Source: an uncultured Actinomycetes bacterium (GTDB lineage: Bacteria > Actinomycetota > Actinomycetes > Streptosporangiales > Streptosporangiaceae). Taken from it: DNA of 64,000 bases. A program made the translations under genes and the position numbers. The stretch covers positions 1,198,466-1,262,465 of the forward strand of contig CAVPBZ010000018.1 in NCBI GenBank assembly GCA_963702235.1, read 5' to 3'. Shown here piece after piece: positions 17,642 to 26,201 of this stretch. The notes beneath the pieces were generated by a model. The model was not told the origin of the DNA and made no database searches. It was given only the letters and a program-made list of their open reading frames with translations. Each line of letters opens with the position of its first letter. Positions within the stretch are counted from its first letter, which is position 1.

Positions 17642-18289
17642 CTACTCCGGCCACGCCGAGTTCAGGATGATGTCCACGAAGTTCTCGCGCCGGTAGCCGG
17701 GGACGAACCGCTCGAGCACGTCCGCCTTGACGTTGCCGAACGTCGTTTCCGGCTTGGGCGCGATGCCCTCGGTGAACGCGCGCAGGATGTTGCGCTTGAA
17801 GTCCGGGCGCGGGTGCAGCGCGGTGATCTCCGCGCGGGCGGCGTCGCTGACGTCGTAGTACCCGATGCCGAGCACGTCGTACTCGACCCCCGCGGTGACG
17901 AGGGCGACCTCGGGCTCCATGAACTGCGGGATGCCTGGCGTGGTGTGCAGGGCGATGGCTGTCCAGACCCTGCGGATGCTGTCCTCGGGCACGCCGTGGC
18001 CCTGCAGGAAGCGGCGTGCTTCGTCGGCGCCGTCCACCTCGAAGCGGCGGCCGCTGCCGCGGAATTGCTCGTTCAGGCCGAGGTCGTGGAACATCGCCCC
18101 GATGTACAGCAGTTCGGGGTCGAAGCTGAGCCCGCGGTTGCTGCCCTGCAGGCTGCCCCACCAGAAGACCCGCCGGGAATGGTTGTAGACCAGGTCGGTG
18201 GTGGACTCGCGCACCAGCTCGGTGGCTTCACGGGCCAGCTTCGTGTCCGGGATTGTCACCCCTGCGGCGGTCTGTCCGCTGCTCGACAT
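17642..18289 (-). CDS. HD-domain protein (cyanamide-hydratase-like family)
   Basis: HSRRVFWWG ... GAMFHDLGL (HD motif). ATG 18289 is 5 nt after AAGAGGAGG. Confidence 0.75.
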   Translation of the reverse strand: MSSSGQTAAGVTIPDTKLAREATELVRESTTDLVYNHSRRVFWWGSLQGSNRGLSFDPELLYIGAMFHDLGLNEQFRGSGRRFEVDGADEARRFLQGHGVPEDSIRRVWTAIALHTTPGIPQFMEPEVALVTAGVEYDVLGIGYYDVSDAARAEITALHPRPDFKRNILRAFTEGIAPKPETTFGNVKADVLERFVPGYRRENFVDIILNSAWPE

Positions 18290-18298
18290 CACTGCCTC

Positions 18299-18330
18299 CT
18301 CTTATGCGTGAAAGCTCTTATGCGTGAAAG
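18299..18330. repeat. perfect 2 x 16-nt tandem repeat abutting the HD gene RBS
   Basis: ctcttatgcgtgaaag ctcttatgcgtgaaag, in the 250-nt divergent intergenic region. Confidence 0.8.
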
Positions 18331-18539
18331 CACGGCGCGGCGCGCCATGCCTTTCGCTCACGATCGCGCACCGGCGCGGGGCCGGTCTGCCCGGCAGGCC
18401 GCCAGCCCCACTACCGGCTAGCCGGGACGCCGGGCTGGGCGCTGGCTGCGAAGACGTGACCGGACCCGGACGCGAGGCTGGACAGCATGTGCCGCGAGCC
18501 CCAGTGAGCCCACGGGCGGAAGGAAAGGAGGCAGAAGCG

Positions 18540-18866
18540 ATGGCAAAGATTCTGGCTACGAGCACATCGCTTTCCGGATGCGAGACGCCAGGCAGGTTCG
18601 ATGCGGTCCGGGCCGGGGCGCTGTTCGTGTCTCCGCTGCAGCCTTCCGGGGCGCCGTCCCCCGACCAGGTCCGCCGCGCCGTCGCGACGATGCTGCGGCG
18701 GCTGGGAACCCGCGGCTGCGCCGCGCAGATGGCCGGCGAGTTCGGCGACCACCCGGACACCGCGGCCGCCAGGATGAGCTGGGTGCTGACGACGATTCAC
18801 GCGGCCTATCCGGCGGCGCCGAAGACCCCGGCTCCCGGCCTGCGGCCACTCGCTTTCGCGAGCTGA
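18540..18866 (+). CDS. small conserved-looking hypothetical protein (108 aa)
   Basis: Strong RBS GGAAAGGAGG. Contains ...ALFVSPLQPSGAPSPDQVRRAV..GCAAQMAGEFGDHPDTAAARMSWV. The stop lies 2 nt before the hemC GTG. Confidence 0.55.
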   Translation: MAKILATSTSLSGCETPGRFDAVRAGALFVSPLQPSGAPSPDQVRRAVATMLRRLGTRGCAAQMAGEFGDHPDTAAARMSWVLTTIHAAYPAAPKTPAPGLRPLAFAS

Positions 18867-18868
18867 AC

Positions 18869-19957
18869 GTGCGATCACGGGTCCTGCGGCTGGGCACCCG
18901 CGGCAGCCCGCTCGCGCTGGCCCAGGCCGGCCGCGTCGCCGGGCAGCTGCGGGAGCGGTCCGGCCGGACGGTCGTCCTGGTCACGGTCGCCACGCCAGGG
19001 GATCAGTCGGCCGCGCCGATCGAACGGCTCGGCACGACGGGGGTGTTCACCACCACCCTGCGCGAGGCATTGCTTCGCGGCGCGGTGGATCTCGTCGTCC
19101 ATTCCTGCAAGGACCTGCCGACGGCGCCGGTACCTGGGCTGCAGGTTGCGGCGTTCCCGGCCCGCGAGGACCCGCGCGACGCGCTGATCTGGCCGGGCGG
19201 GACCAGCTTCGGCGCGCTGCCGCACGGAGCGCAGATCGGCACCGGGTCACCCCGGCGGGCCGCCGTGCTGCGCGCCGCCGGCCGCGGGCTGCAGATCGTG
19301 CCGGTACGCGGCAACGTCGGCACCCGGCTGCGCAAGCTCGCCGACGGCGAGGTCGACGCTCTCATCCTGGCGATGGCCGGGTTGTCGAGGCTCGGCCTGC
19401 TCGGCGCGGTCTCGACGCCGCTGGCCCCGTCGCTGCTGCTGCCCGCCCCGGCGCAGGGCGTGCTGGCCGTCGAGTGCCGCACCGACGACCCGGTTACCGC
19501 GGCCCAGCTCAGTACCCTCGACCACGCGCCGACGCGGGCAGCGGCGATCGCCGAACGCGGCTTCCTGGCGGCGCTCGGCGCCGGCTGCACCGCGCCGGTC
19601 GGCGCCCTGGCCGAAGTGGCCGGAGCCAGCTCCGGGCCGGCCGGAGCCAGCACCGGCCCGGCCGGAGCCAGCACCGGGCCGGCCGGAGCCGGACACGCGG
19701 TGCGCCTGTCGGGCCTCATCGCCGCCCCGGACGGGTCCTCGGTGATCCGGGCGCAGGCGACCGGCGTGGCCGGCGACGGCGAGGCGCTCGGCCGCCGGCT
19801 GGCTCACCTGATGCTCCGGGACGGCGGCGCTGCGCTGCTCGGCGCCGCGGTGCACGAGGTCAGAGATCCGCAGCCGCCAGCCGCCGCCGTCCGGGGACGC
19901 CATGTGTCGTCCGCGCATTACCGGTTAGCAGGTATCAAGACCGGGCGCCTGCCGTGA
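18869..19957 (+). CDS. hemC: hydroxymethylbilane synthase (porphobilinogen deaminase)
   Basis: LRLGTRGSPLALAQA, HSCKDLP, GNVGTRLRKL and the cofactor-Cys region LGAGCTAPVGA. The track ORF start at 18578 is upstream read-through. Confidence 0.85.
   Translation: MRSRVLRLGTRGSPLALAQAGRVAGQLRERSGRTVVLVTVATPGDQSAAPIERLGTTGVFTTTLREALLRGAVDLVVHSCKDLPTAPVPGLQVAAFPAREDPRDALIWPGGTSFGALPHGAQIGTGSPRRAAVLRAAGRGLQIVPVRGNVGTRLRKLADGEVDALILAMAGLSRLGLLGAVSTPLAPSLLLPAPAQGVLAVECRTDDPVTAAQLSTLDHAPTRAAAIAERGFLAALGAGCTAPVGALAEVAGASSGPAGASTGPAGASTGPAGAGHAVRLSGLIAAPDGSSVIRAQATGVAGDGEALGRRLAHLMLRDGGAALLGAAVHEVRDPQPPAAAVRGRHVSSAHYRLAGIKTGRLP
19619..19692. repeat. in-frame 21-nt tandem repeat (3.5 copies) inside hemC
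   Basis: gccggagccagc[t/a]ccgg[g/c]ccg x3 plus a partial copy. Encodes (AGAS[ST]GP)3, immediately after GCTAPVGALAEV. Confidence 0.85.
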
Positions 19958-19967
19958 CGACAGAGCC

Positions 19968-20429
19968 GTGCCGATGCGCGATCGTAGGCGGCAAGCAGCA
20001 CGGCAGGCCGGGAACGACCGGGACAGGGAAGGGCGTGAGCTCGTGGTCATCAGTGACCGGGCGCGGGAGAACAGGGAGTACGTTCGCACGCTGCTGAAGA
20101 ACACGCAGCCTGAATTCGCCGCGCTGCTTGAGTGGCTTGAACGGGACCTGCCGTGCCTGGCTTGCGAGGACGCGGCATGCCGGGCACGGCCGGCGAGCGG
20201 CGCCGGCGACGACGGCGAGCGCGCGGCTGGGCGGCGCGGCCGGGCTACCGAGCTCGTCCGCTGCTCCGGTGCCGGCGTGTCCGGGCACCGGGCGGCCAGG
20301 CCCGCTACCGGTACCGGTACCGCGCAGACTGCAGCCAGCGTCCAGGACTGGCGGGCGCTGGCCATGATGCCTGATCGCCGGCGGCGGGCGATGCTAGTCG
20401 AAACCCGAACCGGCAACGACGCCGCATAA
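19968..20429 (+). CDS. hypothetical protein (153 aa)
   Basis: Open frame with GC3 bias, 10 nt after the hemC stop. Arg-rich N-terminus and a CLACEDAAC motif. I recognise no family. Confidence 0.35.
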   Translation: MPMRDRRRQAARQAGNDRDREGRELVVISDRARENREYVRTLLKNTQPEFAALLEWLERDLPCLACEDAACRARPASGAGDDGERAAGRRGRATELVRCSGAGVSGHRAARPATGTGTAQTAASVQDWRALAMMPDRRRRAMLVETRTGNDAA

Positions 20430-20447
20430 ACAGCAGCAGGAGGCGGC

Positions 20448-20729
20448 ATGGAACGCGCGGACTGGCTAGAGGCGGGTTATAACTCCGCCCAGGCCCGGTT
20501 TCTCATGATGACGGCGATCACGCACCACCGGTTCCACTCCCCGGCCTGGGGTGAGCACGAGATCAGAAGGCTCCATGCCGAGCTGACGGAGATCGACCGT
20601 TCCGCGGCGCAGTTGCTCGCGGTCAACCGCGGGTTCGCGGGAGATCCCGGCGGTCCTCCCACCGGCCAGTACGGTCTTTACCGCCGCCCGGCCCGGCGAT
20701 GGGGCCAGGAAGCCCAGGAAGCTTCCTGA
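20448..20729 (+). CDS. hypothetical protein (93 aa)
   Basis: RBS AGGAGG 5 nt upstream of the ATG. The stop overlaps the regulator start (TGATG). Confidence 0.5.
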   Translation: MERADWLEAGYNSAQARFLMMTAITHHRFHSPAWGEHEIRRLHAELTEIDRSAAQLLAVNRGFAGDPGGPPTGQYGLYRRPARRWGQEAQEAS

Positions 20730-21484
20730 TGACCACCGTGGCGCGGAACCTCTCCAGGCCGGCCTCCGGGATGGCCGATGACCGGGCGGCGCCGTCACCG
20801 TCAGGGGCAGCTGAGGCGGCGGCGGGCAGGCCGTCCGGGCCGCGGGTGGTGCTCGCCGACGACGATGTGCTGCTGCGGGAGGGGCTGGCCAGCCTGCTGG
20901 ACCGGTCCGGGTTCGAGGTGATCGGCCAGGCCGGCGACGGTCCCGGGCTGCTGGCGCTGGTCCGGTCCGCCCGCCCCGATCTGGCCATCATCGACGTCCG
21001 GATGCCGCCGGGGCATGCGACCGAGGGGCTGCAGGCGGCGCGGGTGATCCGGGCCGAGCTGCCCGGCACGGCGATCATCGTGCTGTCGGCGCATGTCGAG
21101 GTGGATGACGCGATGGAGCTGCTGGCCGGCGGGGAGCGGACCGGGTACCTGCTGAAGAGCCGGGTGACCGACGTGGCCGAGTTCCTGGACACGGTGGCGC
21201 GGATCACCGCCGGGGCGTCGGTGGTGGATCCGTCGCTGGTGCAGGAGCTGGTCCGGGCGCGGCGGCGGCGGGACCCGCTGGACGTGCTGTCGCCGCGGGA
21301 GCGGGAGGTGCTGGCGCTGATGGCCGAGGGTGCCTCCAACGCCGGCATCGCCGGCCGGATCTACGTCGCCGAGGGCACCGTGGAAAAGCACGTCCGCAGC
21401 ATCTTGACCAAGCTCGACCTGCCCGAAAGCGACACCGACCACCGCCGGGTCCTGGCGGTCCTGCGCTTCCTCGAAGCCCGCTGA
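20729..21484 (+). CDS. NarL/LuxR-family response regulator
   Basis: REC domain VVLADDDVLLREGL...DLAIIDVRMPP; C-terminal LuxR HTH LSPREREVLALMAEGASNAGIAGRIYVAEGTVEKHV. Confidence 0.85.
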   Translation: MTTVARNLSRPASGMADDRAAPSPSGAAEAAAGRPSGPRVVLADDDVLLREGLASLLDRSGFEVIGQAGDGPGLLALVRSARPDLAIIDVRMPPGHATEGLQAARVIRAELPGTAIIVLSAHVEVDDAMELLAGGERTGYLLKSRVTDVAEFLDTVARITAGASVVDPSLVQELVRARRRRDPLDVLSPREREVLALMAEGASNAGIAGRIYVAEGTVEKHVRSILTKLDLPESDTDHRRVLAVLRFLEAR

Positions 21485-21506
21485 CACCAGCTAACACCTG
21501 ACGGTT

Positions 21507-21534
21507 CTGCGGCGGCCGACATTCCGCGCCGCAG
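21507..21534 (+). terminator. hairpin terminator candidate after the regulator gene
   Basis: ctgcggcg-N12-cgccgcag followed by cttcatttgcc. Confidence 0.45.
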
Positions 21535-21776
21535 CTTCATTTGCCGCACGCCGTGAATGGCGTGCCATCGAGCAAAGTCTTCGCGCGGAGCCGTTCGGTA
21601 GCCGAATTACTGGCCATGGGCCGTCGGCGGTTACCTAGCGGCTTGTCCGCATATTTGCCGTTTCGTAGGCCTGGTCAGCCGCAGGTTTGCAGCTAGCAGG
21701 AATTCGGCCGGCCCCGGTAGCCGGGCCAGTAAATGGCCGCTGGCCACGATGACCGCAGGGGTCGCATGCGCGGATC

Positions 21777-21791
21777 GTTGAATACATCAAC
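21777..21791. promoter_or_regulatory. AT-rich inverted repeat upstream of the MIP-catalase pair (possible Fur/PerR-family box)
   Basis: gttga-ataca-tcaac lies 33 nt upstream of the MIP start in an otherwise GC-rich leader. Confidence 0.3.
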
Positions 21792-21823
21792 CGAAGTACA
21801 AGCTAGGAGGAGGAAGCATTCAG

Positions 21824-22513
21824 ATGGCGACGATTACGCGCCAGGAAGAATCGATGGCGGTGGCCGCCCCGGTGCCAATAGCGGCCCGGAAGTACGTGAC
21901 GGAGTTCATCGGCGCGTTCTTCCTCATGTTCGCGGTGGCCATGGCCGCGCTGTCCGGCAGCGCGTTCGTGCCGCTGGCAGCCGGCGCAACCCTCATGGTG
22001 ATGATCTACGCCGGCGGCCACATCTCGGGCGGCCACTACAACCCGGCCGTCACCATGGCGGCGCTGTGGCGCGGCCGGATCGGGATCGGCGACGCGGTCG
22101 CGTACTGGATCGCACAGGCCGTGGCAGGCATCGCCGCGGGCGCGGTCGCCCGGGCGATCGTGAACCCGGCGACGGTCCACACGCTGACGCTGTCCGGTCA
22201 CGCGATCGTGGCTGCAGCGCTCGCGGAGCTGCTGATCACGTTCGCGCTGTGCTACGTGGTGCTCAACGTGGCCACGAGCAAGGACCAGTCGGGCAACGGC
22301 TTCTTCGGCCTGGCGATCGGCTTCACCGTGGTGGCGGGCGCCTTCGCGGTGGGCTCGATCTCCGGCGGGTCGTTCAACCCGGCGGTTTCGCTCGGCGCCG
22401 CGACCGCGGGCATGTTCGCGTGGAAGACGATCTGGGTCTACCTGGTCGTCCAGCTCGGCGCTGGCGTGATCGCGGGGCTGACCTTCCGCGCCCTCAACCC
22501 GGCCGACAAGTAA
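21824..22513 (+). CDS. MIP-family channel (aquaporin/glycerol-facilitator type)
   Basis: Two NPA boxes (GGHYNPAVT and GGSFNPAVS), six hydrophobic helices, RBS GGAGGAGGAAG. Confidence 0.9.
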   Translation: MATITRQEESMAVAAPVPIAARKYVTEFIGAFFLMFAVAMAALSGSAFVPLAAGATLMVMIYAGGHISGGHYNPAVTMAALWRGRIGIGDAVAYWIAQAVAGIAAGAVARAIVNPATVHTLTLSGHAIVAAALAELLITFALCYVVLNVATSKDQSGNGFFGLAIGFTVVAGAFAVGSISGGSFNPAVSLGAATAGMFAWKTIWVYLVVQLGAGVIAGLTFRALNPADK

Positions 22514-22538
22514 CCAGAGAATCGAAGGAGATACCAGC

Positions 22539-24009
22539 ATGACTATCACGAGCAACGGCAACGGCACCCCGGTCCAGACGAACGACGCCGGCATCCCGGT
22601 CGAGAGCGACCAGTACTCGCTCACCGTCGGCGCGGGCGGCCCGATCCTGCTGCAGGACAGTTACCTGATCGAGCAGATGGCCAACTTCAACCGGGAGCGG
22701 ATCAAGGAGCGGCAGCCGCACGCCAAGGGCAGCGGCGCGTTCGGCCGGTTCGAGGTCACCGGCGACGTCAGCGCCTACACCAAGGCGGCGGTGTTCCAGC
22801 CGGGAACCAGCACCCGGATGGTGGCCAGGTTCTCCACCGTGGCCGGGGAGCGCGGATCCCCCGACATGTGGCGTGACCTGCGCGGCTTCGCGCTGAAGTT
22901 CTACACCACCGAGGGCAACTACGACCTCGTCGGCAACGACACGCCGGTGTTCTTCATGAAGGACCCGATCCACTTCCAGAACTTCATCCGGTCGCAGAAG
23001 CGGCTGGCCAAGGTCAACCTGCGCTCCAACGACATGCAGTGGGACTTCTGGACGCTGCTGCCGCAGACGGCGCACCAGGTGATCTGGCTGATGGGCGACC
23101 GCGGCTTCCCGAAGACCTTCCGGCACATGAACGGGTACAGCTCGCACACCTACATGTGGATCAACGCCGAGGGCGAGCGGTTCTGGGTGAAGTACCACTT
23201 CATCAGCCACCAGGGCGTCGAGTTCTACACCCAGGCCGAGGGCGACGTGCTGGCCGGCACCGACCCCGACCTTCACACCAAGGACCTGTACGAGGCGATC
23301 GAGCGGGGCGACCACCCCGCCTGGACGCTGAAGATGCAGATCATGCCGTACGAGGACGCCAAGACCTACCGGTTCAACCCGTTCGACATCACCAAGGTCT
23401 GGCCGCACGGCGACTACCCGCTGATCGAGGTCGGCACGATGACCCTCGACCGCAACCCGGTCGACTACCACACCGAGATCGAGCAGCTGGCCGTCGCGCC
23501 CGCCAACATGGTGCCGGGCATCGGGCCGAGCCCGGACCGGCTCCTGATGGGCCGGCTGTTCTCCTACAACGACGCGCACCGGGCCCGGCTCGGCGTGAAC
23601 TACACGCAGATCCCGGTCAACGCCCCGGTGGCGCCGGTGCACGCCTACAGCAAGGACGGGATCGGGCGGGTCCACAACGTGAGCGACCCGGTGTACTTCC
23701 CGAACTCCAAGGGCGGCCCGCAGGCCGACAGCGAGCACTACCAGCCGCCGACCTGGTACGCCGACGGCGACCTCGTGCGCGCCGCTTACGAGCTGCACGC
23801 CGAGGACGACGACTGGGGCCAGGCCTGGCACGCTGGTCCGCGAGGTCATGGACGATGCGGCACGGGAGCGGCTCGTCAGCAACATCGTGGGGGCGCTGCG
23901 CGCCGGCGTGACCGAGCCGGTGCTCGAGCGCGCCTTCTGGTACCTGCGGAACGTGGACAAGACCCTCGGCGACAAGGTCGAGGCCGGCGTCCGCACCGGA
24001 CAGGCCTGA
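22539..24009 (+). pseudogene. monofunctional heme catalase, frameshifted as sequenced
   Basis: Motifs [49 protein letters not shown]. After ...EDDDWGQA the frame breaks, and removing T23826 restores [24 protein letters not shown]...[12 protein letters not shown]. In the listed frame the tail is Arg-rich nonsense. Confidence 0.85.
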
Positions 24010-24036
24010 CCGCAAGGTCACACCGGTGATAGACGG

Positions 24037-24064
24037 GGGCCCGGCGCCAGCAGGCGCCGGGCCC
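24037..24064 (+). terminator. strong GC hairpin after the catalase gene
   Basis: gggcccggcgcc-agca-ggcgccgggccc, a perfect 12-bp stem. Confidence 0.6.
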
Positions 24065-24126
24065 TCTCCATCGCCTCCATGCCTCCATTCCCCGAGCCGA
24101 AACCACCTACCGAACGGTCAGATTCG

Positions 24127-25401
24127 ATGACGATTGTGAGCCTGAGCCTGTCCCACCGGTTCACTCCGGCCGAGGTGCTCGAGAAGCTTGCCGTGCCGTC
24201 CGCGGAGCTGGGCGACCTGCTGGCCCGGCTGGGCGCCGTGCCATCCATAGACGAGGCGGTCGTCCTGTCCACCTGCAACCGGGTGGAGGTCTACGCGTCC
24301 GCGCAGGGCCCGGTTGAGCAGGTAACCCCGGCGGTGGCCGGCCTGGTGGCTGCCCGCGGGCAGATCCCGGCGGACGACGTCCTGCGGATGGCCCGCATCC
24401 ACGTCGGCGGTGCGGTCGCCGAGCACTTGTTCTCGGTCGCGTGCGGGCTGGATTCGATGGCCGTCGGCGAGGAACAGATCGTCGCCCAGATCAAGGCCGC
24501 GGCCCGGGCCGCCGCCGAGGCGGGAACCACCGGTCCCCAGGTCACCGGCCTGGTGGACGCGGCGCTGCGGGCCAGCAAGCGAGCCCGGACGCAGACCACG
24601 ATCAGCACCGAGGGTATCTCCCTCGCCCGGGCCGGCCTGGACCTCGCCGACGCGCACCTGGGCGGGCTGGCGGGCCGCGACGCGGTCGTGCTCGGCACCG
24701 GCAGCATGGGCAAGCTCGCCGTCCGGCTGCTCCGCGAGGCCGGTGCCGGGCGGCTGACCGTTGCCAGCCGCAACGCGGCGCGTGCGGCCGAGGTGGCCGC
24801 GACGGTGGGTGGCAGGCACGTGCGGAGCAGCGACGTCGCCGCCCAGCTCGCCGGCACCGACATCCTGGTCACGGCCGCCGGGGCCGCCGCACCTGTCGTG
24901 CTGGCTGAGCCGGTGCGAGCGGCCCGCAGGCAGGCCGGCAGCAGGCCGTTGTTCGTGCTCGACCTGGGCATGCCGTCCAACGTGGACCCCGCCGTAGGGC
25001 ATCTGGCGGGGGTCACCCTGGTGGACATCAGCGCGCTCGGCCGGCACCTGGCAGACCAGGAAGGACCGGACCAGATCCCCCAGGTCCGCGCCATCGTCGC
25101 CGCGGAGGCCGCCGCGTATGCCGAGCGGCAGGAGCAGGCGGCGGCAGCTCCCGTCATCGCCGCCATGCACGCGCAGATCACGCAGCTCGCCGACGCCGAA
25201 CTGGCGCGGCTGCACGACCGGCTCCCGGAGCTCAGCGACCGCCAGCGGGCCGAGACGGCGGCCACCGTCCACCGCATCCTGCGCAAGGTCCTGCACCGGC
25301 CGTCGGTCAGGGCCAAGGAGTTCTCGGCCGGCCCGAAGGGGCCGGTGTACCTCGAAGCGCTGCAGCAGCTCTTTGACCTCAGGGCACCCGTCGGGAAATA
25401 G
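24127..25401 (+). CDS. hemA: glutamyl-tRNA reductase
   Basis: LSLSHRFTPAEVLEKLAV ... VLSTCNRVEVYA ... GLDSMAVGEEQI ... VLGTGSMG. Confidence 0.9.
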   Translation: MTIVSLSLSHRFTPAEVLEKLAVPSAELGDLLARLGAVPSIDEAVVLSTCNRVEVYASAQGPVEQVTPAVAGLVAARGQIPADDVLRMARIHVGGAVAEHLFSVACGLDSMAVGEEQIVAQIKAAARAAAEAGTTGPQVTGLVDAALRASKRARTQTTISTEGISLARAGLDLADAHLGGLAGRDAVVLGTGSMGKLAVRLLREAGAGRLTVASRNAARAAEVAATVGGRHVRSSDVAAQLAGTDILVTAAGAAAPVVLAEPVRAARRQAGSRPLFVLDLGMPSNVDPAVGHLAGVTLVDISALGRHLADQEGPDQIPQVRAIVAAEAAAYAERQEQAAAAPVIAAMHAQITQLADAELARLHDRLPELSDRQRAETAATVHRILRKVLHRPSVRAKEFSAGPKGPVYLEALQQLFDLRAPVGK

Positions 25402-25427
25402 CCGCGGGCGCCGCGACGCTACAATAT

Positions 25428-25448
25428 AAAACTAGTAGTTCAGTTTCG
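25428..25448. promoter_or_regulatory. second copy of the AAACTAG-N5-CAGTTTC palindrome, next to a TACAAT -10 box
   Basis: aaaactagtagttcagtttcg lies 28 nt upstream of the ParB-like gene. The seven-base arms are identical to those of the site at 10464. Confidence 0.4.
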
Positions 25449-25475
25449 ACCAGAGTCACGAGCGAAGGGGGTGCC

Positions 25476-25976
25476 ATGCCCGACACCGGATTCCCGCGGG
25501 CGGACGTCGAGAACGACTTCCTGCGGGCGAGGCGGCAGTACGTGCTGGCCGCGGCGGGCCGCCGGCTGCGCGGCCGGCCCCGTGACAGCGACCGCATCCT
25601 GCCCCTCGACGAGGTCGCCGGCGCGCTCGGCATCCGCGGCGAGCGGCGGCTGGGCCTGCAGACGATATGCCTGGACCGCATCGTCGGCACCGTCAACTCG
25701 CGGCGCGACTTCGACCGGCACTTCCGGCCCACCTCCAACCGGGTCCGGCCCCGCTGGGAGCGGCTTGCGCTGGCCCAGCGGCGCGGCGAGGCGATCCCGC
25801 CGATCGAGGTGTACCGGGTAGGCGACCTGTATTTCGTCAACGACGGCCACCACCGGGTGTCCGTAGCCGCCGCGACCGGCCAGCAGGAGATCGACGCCTA
25901 CGTGACCGAGGTGCTCACCACCGAGCCGCCCGGCGGCCCCGGCGCCGAACTGGCCGGCCGGGGCGGCCGGCGCTGA
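25476..25976 (+). CDS. ParB/Srx-like nuclease-domain protein
   Basis: IPPIEVYRVGDLYFVNDGHHRVSVA, a ParB N-terminal-domain-type motif; 166 aa. Confidence 0.6.
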   Translation: MPDTGFPRADVENDFLRARRQYVLAAAGRRLRGRPRDSDRILPLDEVAGALGIRGERRLGLQTICLDRIVGTVNSRRDFDRHFRPTSNRVRPRWERLALAQRRGEAIPPIEVYRVGDLYFVNDGHHRVSVAAATGQQEIDAYVTEVLTTEPPGGPGAELAGRGGRR

Positions 25977-26201
25977 GGGCAGGTCCGGCACACCGGGACG
26001 GCGCCGTACCTGAACGTCCCGTTGCGGCCGCCTGACGGCTGCCTGCGCGGCCGGAAGCCCCGGTCCCCGGTGAGGAAGTTCCCAGGCAGGCACAACGAGA
26101 TCGCAAGTCTCGTCCCCTTGACTGCACACGGCGAGGCACCCGGCCTCACCCGGAGGCCGGCGCCGCGCGCGCCGGGCCCGGCAGCAGCGAGGGAGACATC
26201 G

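Noticed and set aside
23826-23826. Programmed +1 ribosomal frameshifting as an explanation for the catalase break, and likewise for the other broken genes.
   Set aside because: There is no slippery heptamer, no stimulatory structure and no precedent in these families. A mutation or sequencing indel is far more parsimonious.
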